In this document: piece by piece, positions 6,697 to 14,768 of the stretch | Numbering within the stretch: position 1 is the first letter of the stretch | Layout: the number at the start of each line of letters is the position of its first letter | Made by a program: the position numbers and the translations under genes | DNA from: Kineococcus radiotolerans SRS30216 = ATCC BAA-149 | GTDB taxonomy: Bacteria > Actinomycetota > Actinomycetes > Actinomycetales > Kineococcaceae | Reading direction: 5' to 3' | Assembly (NCBI RefSeq): GCF_000017305.1 | Contig: NC_009664.2 | Span: forward strand, 1,890,001 to 1,922,000 | DNA length: 32,000 bases | The notes under the pieces: model-generated | Told to the model about the DNA's origin: nothing | Database searches by the model: none | Seen by the model: the letters and a program-made list of their open reading frames with translations, nothing else

Positions 6697-7740
6697 TCAG
6701 CTCCAGGGGCCGGCCAGCAGCGCCCCGGTCAGCGGCGCGGACGGGTCCGCCCCCAGGTCCAGCCCCGAGGCCGGTGCCCCGGCCCGCACCAGCAGGTCCC
6801 CCACCGCGGCGATCATCGCGCCGTTGTCGGTGCACAACCGGATCGGCGGCACCCGCAGCTCCAGACCCGCTGCGGCGCAGCGCTGCTCGGCCAGGGCCCG
6901 GACGCGGGTGTTGGCCGCGACCCCGCCGACGAGCAGCAGCGCGTCGACGCCGTGCTCCCGGCAGGCGGCGACGGCCTTGCGGGTCAGGACGTCGGCGACG
7001 GCCTCCTGGAAGCTGGCCGCGACGTCGGCCACCGGCACCTCCCCGCCGGCGTCCTGGCGCGCCTCGACCCAGCGCGCCACCGCCGTCTTCACCCCGGAGA
7101 AGGAGAACCCGTAGGCGGGGTCCTGCGCGCGCGAGAGCGCCCGCGGGAAGGCGATCGCGCGCGGGTCGCCGTCGCGGGCGGCCCGGTCGATGGACGGCCC
7201 GCCGGGGTAGCCGAGCCCGAGGACGCGCGCGACCTTGTCGAAGGCCTCCCCCGCGGCGTCGTCGATGGTGTCGCCCAGGTGCACGATCGGGTCGCGGGCC
7301 AGGTCCCCCAGCAGCAGCAGCGACGTGTGCCCGCCGGAGACGACGAGCGCGACGCACCTGCGCGGCAGCGGCCCGTGCTCGAGGACGTCGACGGCGGCGT
7401 GCCCGGCCAGGTGGTGCACGCCGTAGAGGGGCTTGCCGAGGGCGAAGGCGAGCGCCTTGGCGCTGGCCAGCCCGACCTGCACGGCCGTGGACAGCCCCGG
7501 CCCGGCGGTCACCGCGACGGCGTCGACGTCCGCGAGGTCGAGCCCCGCCTTCCCCAGCGCCTCGTGCATCACCGGGACGATGGCCTCCAGGTGCGCGCGG
7601 GCGGCGACCTCGGGCACGACCCCGCCGAAGCGGGCGTGGGCGTCCATGCTGGAGGCCAGCGCGTCGCCGAGCAGGACCCCCTCGGAGACGAGCCCGACGC
7701 CGGTCTCGTCGCAGCTGGACTCGACGCCGAGGACGATCAC
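6697..7740 (-). CDS. tsaD: tRNA N6-adenosine threonylcarbamoyltransferase TsaD (Kae1/Gcp family)
   Basis: ORF 6697-7740(-), 347 aa. Motifs: (M)[42 protein letters not shown]. The GTG start overlaps the def stop (GTGA at 7737-7740). Confidence 0.95.
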   Translation of the reverse strand: MIVLGVESSCDETGVGLVSEGVLLGDALASSMDAHARFGGVVPEVAARAHLEAIVPVMHEALGKAGLDLADVDAVAVTAGPGLSTAVQVGLASAKALAFALGKPLYGVHHLAGHAAVDVLEHGPLPRRCVALVVSGGHTSLLLLGDLARDPIVHLGDTIDDAAGEAFDKVARVLGLGYPGGPSIDRAARDGDPRAIAFPRALSRAQDPAYGFSFSGVKTAVARWVEARQDAGGEVPVADVAASFQEAVADVLTRKAVAACREHGVDALLLVGGVAANTRVRALAEQRCAAAGLELRVPPIRLCTDNGAMIAAVGDLLVRAGAPASGLDLGADPSAPLTGALLAGPWS

Positions 7741-8339
7741 GCCGACCCCGCCGGGGCGCTCAGGCCGGCCGCGGCGAGGATCTCCGCGCGCTGCTCGGCG
7801 GGGAGGCGGTCGACGTAGACGACGCCGTCGAGGTGGTCGCTCTCGTGCTGCAGGCAGCGGGCCAGCAGCCCCGTCCCGACGATCTTCACGGGGTTGCCGT
7901 GGACGTCCTTCCCGGTGACGGTGGCCTTGTCGGGGCGGGCGAGGTCGGCGTACTCCCCGGGCACCGACAGGCAGCCCTCGCCGTCGAGGTCGAGGCGCCG
8001 CCGGCGCCCGGTGGGCAGCTCCAGGACGGGGTTCACGACGTGGGCGACGACGTTCTCCCCGGTCCGCTCGGTGTCGTCGTCAGGGCAGTCGACGACGAAG
8101 ACGCGGGCGTCGACGCCGATCTGGTTGGCGGCCAGCCCCACCCCGTCGGCGGCGTCCATCGAGGCGAACATGTCCGCGACGAGCTGCACGAGGTCCTCGT
8201 CGAAGGACGTCACCGGGGTCGTGGGGCGGTGCAGGACGGGGGTGAAGTACCGGGTGATCGGGTGCACCACCCCGGTGCGGCCCTCGAAGACGACGGGCTC
8301 GCGCTCGACCGGACCGCTCTCGACCTGCTCCTCGCTCAC
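7737..8339 (-). CDS. def: Peptide deformylase
   Basis: ORF 7737-8339(-). The three canonical motifs are present: [30 protein letters not shown] 8339 has no SD. An internal GTG-GTG at 8265-8270 ([14 protein letters not shown]...), preceded by GAGGG, gives an N-terminus more like typical actinobacterial Def, so the 5' end is ambiguous. Confidence 0.92.
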   Translation of the reverse strand: MSEEQVESGPVEREPVVFEGRTGVVHPITRYFTPVLHRPTTPVTSFDEDLVQLVADMFASMDAADGVGLAANQIGVDARVFVVDCPDDDTERTGENVVAHVVNPVLELPTGRRRRLDLDGEGCLSVPGEYADLARPDKATVTGKDVHGNPVKIVGTGLLARCLQHESDHLDGVVYVDRLPAEQRAEILAAAGLSAPAGSA

Positions 8340-8355
8340 GGGAGGAGATCGTAGG

Positions 8356-9990
8356 TCAGTCCTGGGCGTGGAACCGGACCGCGAGGAGGGCGACGTCGTC
8401 GCCGCCGGCGTCGCCGAGCTCGGCCAGCAGGGCGTCCAGCCCGGCGCCGGGGTCGGGACCGGCCAGCGCGCGCGCCGCCACCCGCAGCCGCTCGGTGCCG
8501 GCGTCGAGGTCGTCGTCGCGGCGCTCCACCAGACCGTCGGTGTAGAGCAGCAGGGTCGAGCCGGCGGGCACCTCGACGACGTGGTCGCTGCGCTCGGTGA
8601 CCCCCACCCCCACCAGCAGGTCCGGGGCGGCGTCGAGGACGCGGGCGCCGCCGTCGGCCGCGACCAGCACCGGCGGGGGGTGCCCGGCGTTGGCCCAGCG
8701 CAGGGTGCGGACCCCGCGGGCGCGGTCGGCGGGGCTCTGCTCGACGCGGGCGACGAGGCAGCTGGCCAGGATCGTGTCCCCGCGCAGGGAGTCCACGACC
8801 GACTCCAGCCGCCGCAGCAGCTCGGCGGGCGGGTCGTCGCGGTCGACGGCCAGCGCCCGCAGCGCGATCCGCAGCTGCCCCATCTCGGCGGCGGCGGTGA
8901 CGTCGTGGCCGCTGACGTCGCCGATGACCAGCAGCGTCGTCCCGTCCGGGAGCACGAGCGCGTCGTACCAGTCGCCGCCGACCTGGTCCTCGGCGTGGGC
9001 GGTGACGTAGCGGGCGGCCAGCTCCAGGTGGTCCGGCTGGGGCAGGTCGGTCGTCAGCATCGAGGACTGCAGCGTGCGGGCCGTCGCGGTGCGCTCGCGC
9101 AGCAGCAGGGCCCGCTGCAGGGCCTGGGTGGTGTAGGAGGCCAGCGCGACGAGCATCGCGCGCTGGTTCTCCGACAGCTCGAGGTCCTCGTGCCAGACCA
9201 TGGTGAGCAGGCCCACGGGGACGCCGGCGGCGACGAGGGGGACGGTGGCGAGGTAGCGGACGTCGGCCACCTCCCACCGGTGCATCAGCTCCGGGAAGCC
9301 CGTGCGCAGCCCGGCGGCGTCGTCGAAGCGCGGGCTGCCCTGACGCAGGGCGAGGGTGCCCGGCCCGGGGCCGTCGAGGGGGAGGTCCTGCCACTCCTGC
9401 TCGGCGCCGGCGGCGAGCTCACCGGTGAAGGGGGTCCGCAGCAGCCCGCGCTCGTGGTCGACGACGGACAGGGCGGAGTAGGCGGCGCCGAACCCCTCGT
9501 GGGCGGTCTCGACGACGACCCGGGCCACGTCGGCGACCGTGCGGGTCGCGGTGAGCGCCTCCGACATCCGCAGCAGCCGGCTGGTGTGCTCCAGGGAGCG
9601 GCTGAGCGAGCGGGTCAGCGCGTCGCGCTCGACCTCGACGGCGTGCTCGGCGGTGACGTCGCGGAAGGAGCACAGCACGTGGTCGTCGACGCGCTGGGCG
9701 CGGACGGCGATCCAGCGGTCGGTGCCCGGGACGGGCCCGGTCCAGGTGACCAGGCCGGGTTCGGTGCGGGTGCGGCGCAGCTGGTCGTGGAAGTCGCTGC
9801 CGACGGCGGCGGGGAAGACGTCGGAGAGCAGCCGGCCGACGAGGTCGCCGGGGACGGCGCCGTGCAGGGCGGCGCCGGAGGGGTTGACGTGGACGACGCG
9901 CCAGTCGTGGGCGTCGAGCACCACGATCCCCTCGGAGACCTCTTGCCACGCGCGCAGGAGCAGCGGGTCCACCGCTCCCGCGGACGACAT
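8356..9990 (-). CDS. PAS-GAF-PP2C (SpoIIE-family) serine phosphatase, signalling protein
   Basis: ORF 8356-9990(-), 544 aa, ATG start. N-terminal PAS (GIVVLDAHDWRVVHVNPSGAALHG), central GAF-like region. C-terminal SpoIIE/PP2C motifs: GGDWYDALVLPDGTTLLVIGDVSGHD and LLLYTDGLVE. Confidence 0.88.
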   Translation of the reverse strand: MSSAGAVDPLLLRAWQEVSEGIVVLDAHDWRVVHVNPSGAALHGAVPGDLVGRLLSDVFPAAVGSDFHDQLRRTRTEPGLVTWTGPVPGTDRWIAVRAQRVDDHVLCSFRDVTAEHAVEVERDALTRSLSRSLEHTSRLLRMSEALTATRTVADVARVVVETAHEGFGAAYSALSVVDHERGLLRTPFTGELAAGAEQEWQDLPLDGPGPGTLALRQGSPRFDDAAGLRTGFPELMHRWEVADVRYLATVPLVAAGVPVGLLTMVWHEDLELSENQRAMLVALASYTTQALQRALLLRERTATARTLQSSMLTTDLPQPDHLELAARYVTAHAEDQVGGDWYDALVLPDGTTLLVIGDVSGHDVTAAAEMGQLRIALRALAVDRDDPPAELLRRLESVVDSLRGDTILASCLVARVEQSPADRARGVRTLRWANAGHPPPVLVAADGGARVLDAAPDLLVGVGVTERSDHVVEVPAGSTLLLYTDGLVERRDDDLDAGTERLRVAARALAGPDPGAGLDALLAELGDAGGDDVALLAVRFHAQD

Positions 9991-10050
9991 GGCCCAAGCG
10001 TAGGGACGATCACGGTCCTCGGCAGGCGATCCCCGGGTTTGCCCGCGGCC

Positions 10051-10791
10051 TCAGGCGGGGGTCGCGCTGACGGAGAACTCGATCGTGCCGGTGTCCTCGA
10101 CGGAGACGAAGCCGAGGTCGGGGGCCTCGACGCCGTGGTCGGACCAGGTCACCGGCAGCGACCCGGTGACGGTGACGGCGTCCTCGCCGGTGCGCTGGAC
10201 CGTCGCGGGGAAGGTCACCTCGCGGGTCGTCCCCCGCAGGGCGAGGGTGCCGGTGAGGGTGACGGGGATGGTCGCGCCGACGTCGAGGCCGCCCAGGGGC
10301 ACGGGCCGGGTGAGGACGAGGTCGGCGGTGGGGAAGCGCTCGACGTCCACGACGCGGCTGCGGAACTGGCCGTCGCGCTGGCTGGAGTCGGTGCTCACGC
10401 TGGCCAGGTCCACGGAGACGGTGGCCGCGGTGAGCTGCCCCCCGGCGACGACGAAGTCCCCGGTGACCTGGTCGGTGCGCCCGGTGACGGTGATCCGCTG
10501 GCCGTTGAGGACCTCGTCGACGCGGTAGCCGGCCGTCCCGCCCGGCGCGACGGTCCAGGTGCCGTCCAGGGCGGGGTCGGTGGCGGCGGCGGTGGGGGTG
10601 GCCGAGGCGCTGGGCACCGCGGCGGCGAGGGGGGCGGCGGTCTTGCGCGACTCGACCGCGGCGTAGATGCGGGGCCCCACGACCGCGCCGAGGACGAGCA
10701 GGGCGAGGAGCACCGCCAGGGCGGTCCACCGCCGGCGCCGGCGCCGGCCGCGTTCGGCGGTGGGGCGTTCGGCGGTGGGGGTGCTGCTCAT
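10051..10791 (-). CDS. YceI-family protein with N-terminal membrane anchor
   Basis: ORF 10051-10791(-). ATG is preceded by GAAGGTG. Arg-rich N-terminus plus TM (WTALAVLLALLVLGAVVG). YceI-like body: WTVAPGGTAGYRVDEVL..., SVSTDSSQRDGQFRS...ERFPTADL, TLTGTLALRGTTREVTFPA. Confidence 0.85.
   Translation of the reverse strand: MSSTPTAERPTAERGRRRRRRWTALAVLLALLVLGAVVGPRIYAAVESRKTAAPLAAAVPSASATPTAAATDPALDGTWTVAPGGTAGYRVDEVLNGQRITVTGRTDQVTGDFVVAGGQLTAATVSVDLASVSTDSSQRDGQFRSRVVDVERFPTADLVLTRPVPLGGLDVGATIPVTLTGTLALRGTTREVTFPATVQRTGEDAVTVTGSLPVTWSDHGVEAPDLGFVSVEDTGTIEFSVSATPA
10751..10780 (-). repeat. Perfect 15-bp tandem duplication, in frame at the 5' end of the yceI-like gene
   Basis: CGTTCGGCGGTGGGG x2 on the plus strand. 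It encodes PTAER-PTAER at residues 5-14. Confidence 0.9.
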
Positions 10792-11005
10792 GGCGGGTCA
10801 CCTTCGGGGGTCGGGGACGGCGGGCCCTGCTGCCGGGACCACGGTGCGCGCGCGGTCCCGGTTCACCCCGCGGGGCCACCGGCTCCCGGGCCCGGACCTA
10901 CGACACGGCGTCGTTGCCGTCCGTCGCGCGGCGGCCACGCTGCGGTCCGCACCACGCTCCGGGAGGGCCTACCCTCGTCGGGTGCCTTTTGAGCGACTCC
11001 GCTTG

Positions 11006-11317
11006 ATGAGCGACTACTTCGCCCCCACCCCGGTGTGGGCTCCGGCGGACCTGGGCGGTTTCGTCCTGAGCACCGAGCACCTGGACGACCTGGGCCTGGA
11101 CGAGACGCTGCGCACGGGTCTGCTGCAGTGGCAGGCCTTCTTCGACGAGCACCACCCCGTCGACCTCTGCGGCTGGGACTCCCCGCTGTCCTGCACGCGC
11201 TACGCCGGTGAGGGCTTCCGGCTGCAGGCCGCGCTGGCCCGGGCCCTGCCCGGGATCCGCTTCGACCTGGACCTGTGGCCGGTGCGCGGCGTCGACACCG
11301 AGGTCCTCGCCCTCTAG
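11006..11317 (+). CDS. Hypothetical small acidic protein (103 aa)
   Basis: 3' part of track ORF 10667-11317(+). The first 113 codons are antisense to yceI and Arg-rich, so the start is set to ATG 11006 (MSDYFAPTPVWAPADLGG...). Normal residue composition, no SD, no family recognised. Confidence 0.5.
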   Translation: MSDYFAPTPVWAPADLGGFVLSTEHLDDLGLDETLRTGLLQWQAFFDEHHPVDLCGWDSPLSCTRYAGEGFRLQAALARALPGIRFDLDLWPVRGVDTEVLAL

Positions 11318-11323
11318 CCCCTC

Positions 11324-11342
11324 CCCCCGGGCCCGCCGGGGG
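11324..11342. terminator. Hairpin between the convergent orphan ORF and vanW (7-bp stem CCCCCGG/CCGGGGG, 5-nt loop)
   Basis: Read directly. Confidence 0.4.
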
Positions 11343-11349
11343 CCAGGCC

Positions 11350-13212
11350 CTACCCGGCCGGGGTCGGCGCGGGCGCGGCGGGCGCCGGGACGGCCGGCGG
11401 GGCCGGGGCGGCGGGCGTGGGCTCCGGCGCGGGCCGCACCGTCGCGGGGTCCGGCCCGCAGACGATCCGGTTCTCGGGGTTGTAGACCGTCGTCCACGTC
11501 TCGCGCTGCGGCGCCCCGCCCCCGACGGGGGTCATGACCCGGGTGACGTCGACGGTGAAGCCGGTGCTGGTGGCCGAGCTCGGCGAGCACCCCCTCGACG
11601 TGTCGTAGATCGTGCGGGCGGGCTTGACGTTGCGGCGGGCGGACTTCTGCGCCGTGACGTCCATGAACCTCGTCCCGTACATCGACACGACGAGCTGGTC
11701 GCCGACGATCCCGGCCTGGACGTACACCCCGTGCCCGGAGTCGTTGCGGAAGCGGTTGTCGATGCTGCGCCAGTCGATCGTGGCCTCGCGCCCCTCGGGG
11801 TAGCGGGAGATGTAGAACGAGTGCGGCTTGTGCTCGATCTCGTCGAGGCCGGCGAAGAAGACCGCGTTGAACAGGGTCGTCGAGAGCTGGGAGACCCCGC
11901 CGCCGTAGTCGTCGACGAGGCGCCCGCCGGAGATGACGGGGGCGCGGTGGAAGCCCCGCTCGGGGGTGCGCTCGCCGACGGTGTCGTTGAGGGAGAACTC
12001 CTGCCCCGGCTGCAGGATCGTCCCGTCCACGTGCCCGGCGGCGATCCGGATGTTGTCGGTGCGGTCGGCGTTGGCGGTGAGCTTCGTCGAGAACGTGGAG
12101 ATCCGCTCGACGATGCCCAGCGACTGCAGCGCCTCGGTGGTGAGGGCGGGCTGGGACTCGGTGAGCTCCACCTCGGCCCGGCGGGTCGGGGTGGTGCCGG
12201 TGAGCGCCGTCGTCACGGCGCGCGCGAGGTCCTCCGGGGGGGCGGCGCGGCCGGTGACGGCGGGGACCACCCGGGGCACCTCGCCGTCGATCGCGATGCG
12301 GGCGTCCTGCGGCGGGGTCTCGAACTGCGGGTCGGCCGCGACGAGGGCGGCCTGCAGCCTCGCGCCGTCGGCGACGAGGGCGGCCTCGCCGTCCACGGGG
12401 CGCACGGCCAGCGCCGGGGCGAAGGCCGCGGGGGCGAGGGTCACGTCGCGGCCCCCGCCGGCGACGACGAGGTCGGCGGCGACGGCGGGCCGGGCGAGGG
12501 CGTCGACGGCCGCGTCGAGGCCCTCGGCGTCCAGCGAGGGCCGCTCCACGGCGGCTTCCAGGCGCACCGGCCCGGGCTCCAGCCAGGCGCCGGCGACGCG
12601 GCCGGCGGCGGCGGTGACGTCGAGGGAACGGCCCTCCTGGGGGGCGGCGACGGCGGGTTCGACGCTGCCGTCGGGGCGGACGTCGAAGGTGACCGCCCCC
12701 TCGACGGGGGCGACGGCGACGGAGTCGGCCAGCGGCTGGAGGGCGGCCCGCAGCGCGCCGGTGTCGACGTCGACGTCGGGCGCGACCTCCCCGGCGCCGG
12801 CGACGTGCTCCCACAGCGCGGCCGGGGTCCAGGCGGGGGCGGTGACCGCCGCGGCGGTGCCGGCGGGGTCGACGGAGAGGCCCGCCTGCGCGGGGACGAC
12901 CTCCCCCGTGGCGGAGGCGCCGGCCCCGGTGACCTGGAGGGCCACCGGCCGGGTCCCGCGCTCGCCGGCGGCGGCGCCGACGGCCCGCTCGACCTCGCCG
13001 CGGTCCATCCCGCCGACGTCGACGCCGAGCACGGTCGTCCCGCGCGGGGCGTGCCCGCCGAGGGCCAGGGCCGCGGCGGTGTACCCGCCCGCGACGACGA
13101 CGACGGCGCCGGCGAGGACCCAGGTGCGCGGTCGCCGCGCCCAGGACCGCGGCGACGGCCGGGTCCCCCCGCGGCCCGTCTCCTGCTGCGCCGGCTGGTC
13201 GGTGTTCGGCAA
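11350..13212 (-). CDS. VanW-domain protein, membrane-anchored, with Pro/Ala-rich C-terminal tail
   Basis: ORF 11350-13212(-), 620 aa. The only in-frame start is TTG 13212. N-terminal TM (TWVLAGAVVVVAGGYTAAALAL). VanW core: DGTILQPGQEFSLNDTVGERTPERGF...GGGVSQLSTTLFNAVFFAGLDEIEHKPHSFYISRYPEGREATIDW. Tail: PAPEPTPAAPAPPAVPAPAAPAPTPAG. Confidence 0.85.
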   Translation of the reverse strand: MPNTDQPAQQETGRGGTRPSPRSWARRPRTWVLAGAVVVVAGGYTAAALALGGHAPRGTTVLGVDVGGMDRGEVERAVGAAAGERGTRPVALQVTGAGASATGEVVPAQAGLSVDPAGTAAAVTAPAWTPAALWEHVAGAGEVAPDVDVDTGALRAALQPLADSVAVAPVEGAVTFDVRPDGSVEPAVAAPQEGRSLDVTAAAGRVAGAWLEPGPVRLEAAVERPSLDAEGLDAAVDALARPAVAADLVVAGGGRDVTLAPAAFAPALAVRPVDGEAALVADGARLQAALVAADPQFETPPQDARIAIDGEVPRVVPAVTGRAAPPEDLARAVTTALTGTTPTRRAEVELTESQPALTTEALQSLGIVERISTFSTKLTANADRTDNIRIAAGHVDGTILQPGQEFSLNDTVGERTPERGFHRAPVISGGRLVDDYGGGVSQLSTTLFNAVFFAGLDEIEHKPHSFYISRYPEGREATIDWRSIDNRFRNDSGHGVYVQAGIVGDQLVVSMYGTRFMDVTAQKSARRNVKPARTIYDTSRGCSPSSATSTGFTVDVTRVMTPVGGGAPQRETWTTVYNPENRIVCGPDPATVRPAPEPTPAAPAPPAVPAPAAPAPTPAG

Positions 13213-13341
13213 CTCCCTCGTCCCCCGCTCGAGTCCCCCGTGGGCGGATCACGTTCCGCGTCCGCGCGCCCACCCTAGGAGTTCCCGGGGGGCCGGACGT
13301 GCGGTTCGGGGTTCCCGCGCCGACGCGGGCGCGGCGGGCTG

Positions 13342-13378
13342 CCCGATGCACTCCGCATCCGATGCAGAGTGCATCGGG
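13342..13378. promoter_or_regulatory. 37-bp near-perfect palindrome, likely TetR operator(s)
   Basis: CCCGATGCACTC C GCATC C GATGC A GAGTGCATCGGG. 17 of 18 pairs around C13360. It is composed of two adjacent GATGC-N5-GCATC repeats (13345-13359, 13361-13375). The right end overlaps the GGGAG SD of the TetR gene. Confidence 0.6.
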
Positions 13379-13389
13379 AGTGGCGTACC

Positions 13390-14025
13390 GTGGGAGCCGT
13401 GACCACCACCACCGAGCCGGCGCGCACCACCCGCCGCCGCGCCGAGACCCGCTCGCGCCTGCTCGCCGCGGCGCTGGAGGTGCTCGGCGAGCAGGGCCTG
13501 GCCCGCTCCAGCGTCGAGAGCGTCTGCGAGCGCGCCGGGTTCACCCGCGGCGCCTTCTACTCCAACTTCGCCACCATGGACGACGTCGTCGCCGCCCTCC
13601 ACGAGACCCAGGCCGGGCACGTCATCGACCACGTCGAGCAGCGCCTGGCCGACGCCCCCTGGACCGACACCGCCGACGTCGCCGCGATCGTCGCCCACGT
13701 CCTCGACGTCCTGCCCGTGGACCGGCAGTGGCACACCGTCCGCACCGAGTTCACCGCCCAGGCCCTGCGCAACCCCGACGCCGCCCGCGCCGTCACCGCC
13801 CAGCGGGCCGCGCTGCGCCGCCGGCTGGCCCCGGTCCTGGAGGCCGCGCTGACCCGCGCCGGGCGCCGCCTCACCGTCCCCGCCGAGGAGCTCGCCCGCG
13901 CCGTCGTCACCGCCCAGGAGGGGCTGGTCACCCCCGCCCTGCTCGGCGACGTCCCCGCGGGGCCGGGCTTCGAGACCCGCGTCCTCACCGGCGTCCTCAC
14001 CGCGTTCACCGAGGCCGCCCGGTGA
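13390..14025 (+). CDS. TetR/AcrR-family transcriptional regulator
   Basis: In frame with track ORF 13369-14025(+). GTG 13390 lies 9 nt after GGGAG (13376-13380), and GTG 13399 is an alternative. HTH region: RRRAETRSRLLAAALEVLGEQGLARSSVESVCERAGFTRGAFYSNFATMDDVV. Confidence 0.88.
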   Translation: MGAVTTTTEPARTTRRRAETRSRLLAAALEVLGEQGLARSSVESVCERAGFTRGAFYSNFATMDDVVAALHETQAGHVIDHVEQRLADAPWTDTADVAAIVAHVLDVLPVDRQWHTVRTEFTAQALRNPDAARAVTAQRAALRRRLAPVLEAALTRAGRRLTVPAEELARAVVTAQEGLVTPALLGDVPAGPGFETRVLTGVLTAFTEAAR

Positions 14026-14768
14026 GCGCCACCACCCCCGCCGGCACCGCCGCCGCGGTCACCGCCAACGCCGTCACCGCCCGGGGCCTGGAGCTGCGCG
14101 CCCGCGGGCGCACCGTGTTCAGCGGCGTCGACGTCGAGGCCCCCGTCGGGTCCACCGTCGTCGTCCGCGGCGCGGCGAGCACGGGCAAGACCTCGCTGCT
14201 GCTCACCCTGGCCGGGCGGATGAAGCCGACCGGGGGGCGGCTGCGGGTGCTGGGCGAGGAGCTGCCCGCCCGCGCCGGCGCCGTCCGCCGGGAGGTCGCC
14301 CTGGCCGAGGTGCGCGGGGTCAACGAGCTGGACGACGCCCTCACCGTCGAGCAGCACGTCGCCGAGCGCCTCGTCCTGCACCAGCCCTGGTACCGGCCCT
14401 GGGTGAGCGCGGACCAGGTCGACGAGCAGGTCGAGCGCGCCCAGCGCGCCCTCGACGTCACCGCCGGGACCGGCGTCGACGTCCCCGCGCTGCGCCCGCG
14501 GGAGTTCGTCAGCGACCTCGCCCCGCTGGAGCGGATGGCGCTGGGCGTCGTCCTGGCCCTCATCGGCCGTCCCCGCGTCCTCGTCGTCGACGACGTCGAC
14601 GCCCTGCGCAGCGGCGAGGACCGGCGCCGGGCCTGGGAGGCGCTGGCCGCGCTGCAGCGCACCTCCTCCCGGCCCCTGACCGTCCTGGCCAGCTGCACGG
14701 ACACCACCGACATCCGCTGGCACGCCGGCGACGACCGCATCCTCCTCGACCTCCAGGGAACCCCGTGA
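14022..14768 (+). CDS. ABC-type ATPase-like protein with degenerate catalytic motifs
   Basis: In frame with track ORF 13299-14768. GTG 14022 overlaps the TetR stop (GTGA). Walker A is intact (GAASTGKTS) and Walker B is VLVVDD. The signature position reads LAPLE rather than LSGGQ. The residue after Walker B is D-V rather than E. The H-loop position reads SCTD. Confidence 0.78.
   Translation: MSATTPAGTAAAVTANAVTARGLELRARGRTVFSGVDVEAPVGSTVVVRGAASTGKTSLLLTLAGRMKPTGGRLRVLGEELPARAGAVRREVALAEVRGVNELDDALTVEQHVAERLVLHQPWYRPWVSADQVDEQVERAQRALDVTAGTGVDVPALRPREFVSDLAPLERMALGVVLALIGRPRVLVVDDVDALRSGEDRRRAWEALAALQRTSSRPLTVLASCTDTTDIRWHAGDDRILLDLQGTP

Noticed and set aside
13213-13341. Possible c-di-AMP (ydaO-type) riboswitch in the vanW 5' region. 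The minus-sense sequence contains CCCCGAACCGC and GAGCGGGGGACGA, which recall conserved ydaO blocks.
   Set aside because: The blocks occur in the opposite order to the ydaO consensus as I remember it. The second one abuts the start codon, and the rest of the conserved core (ACCUCGUAAGCG-like segment) is missing.
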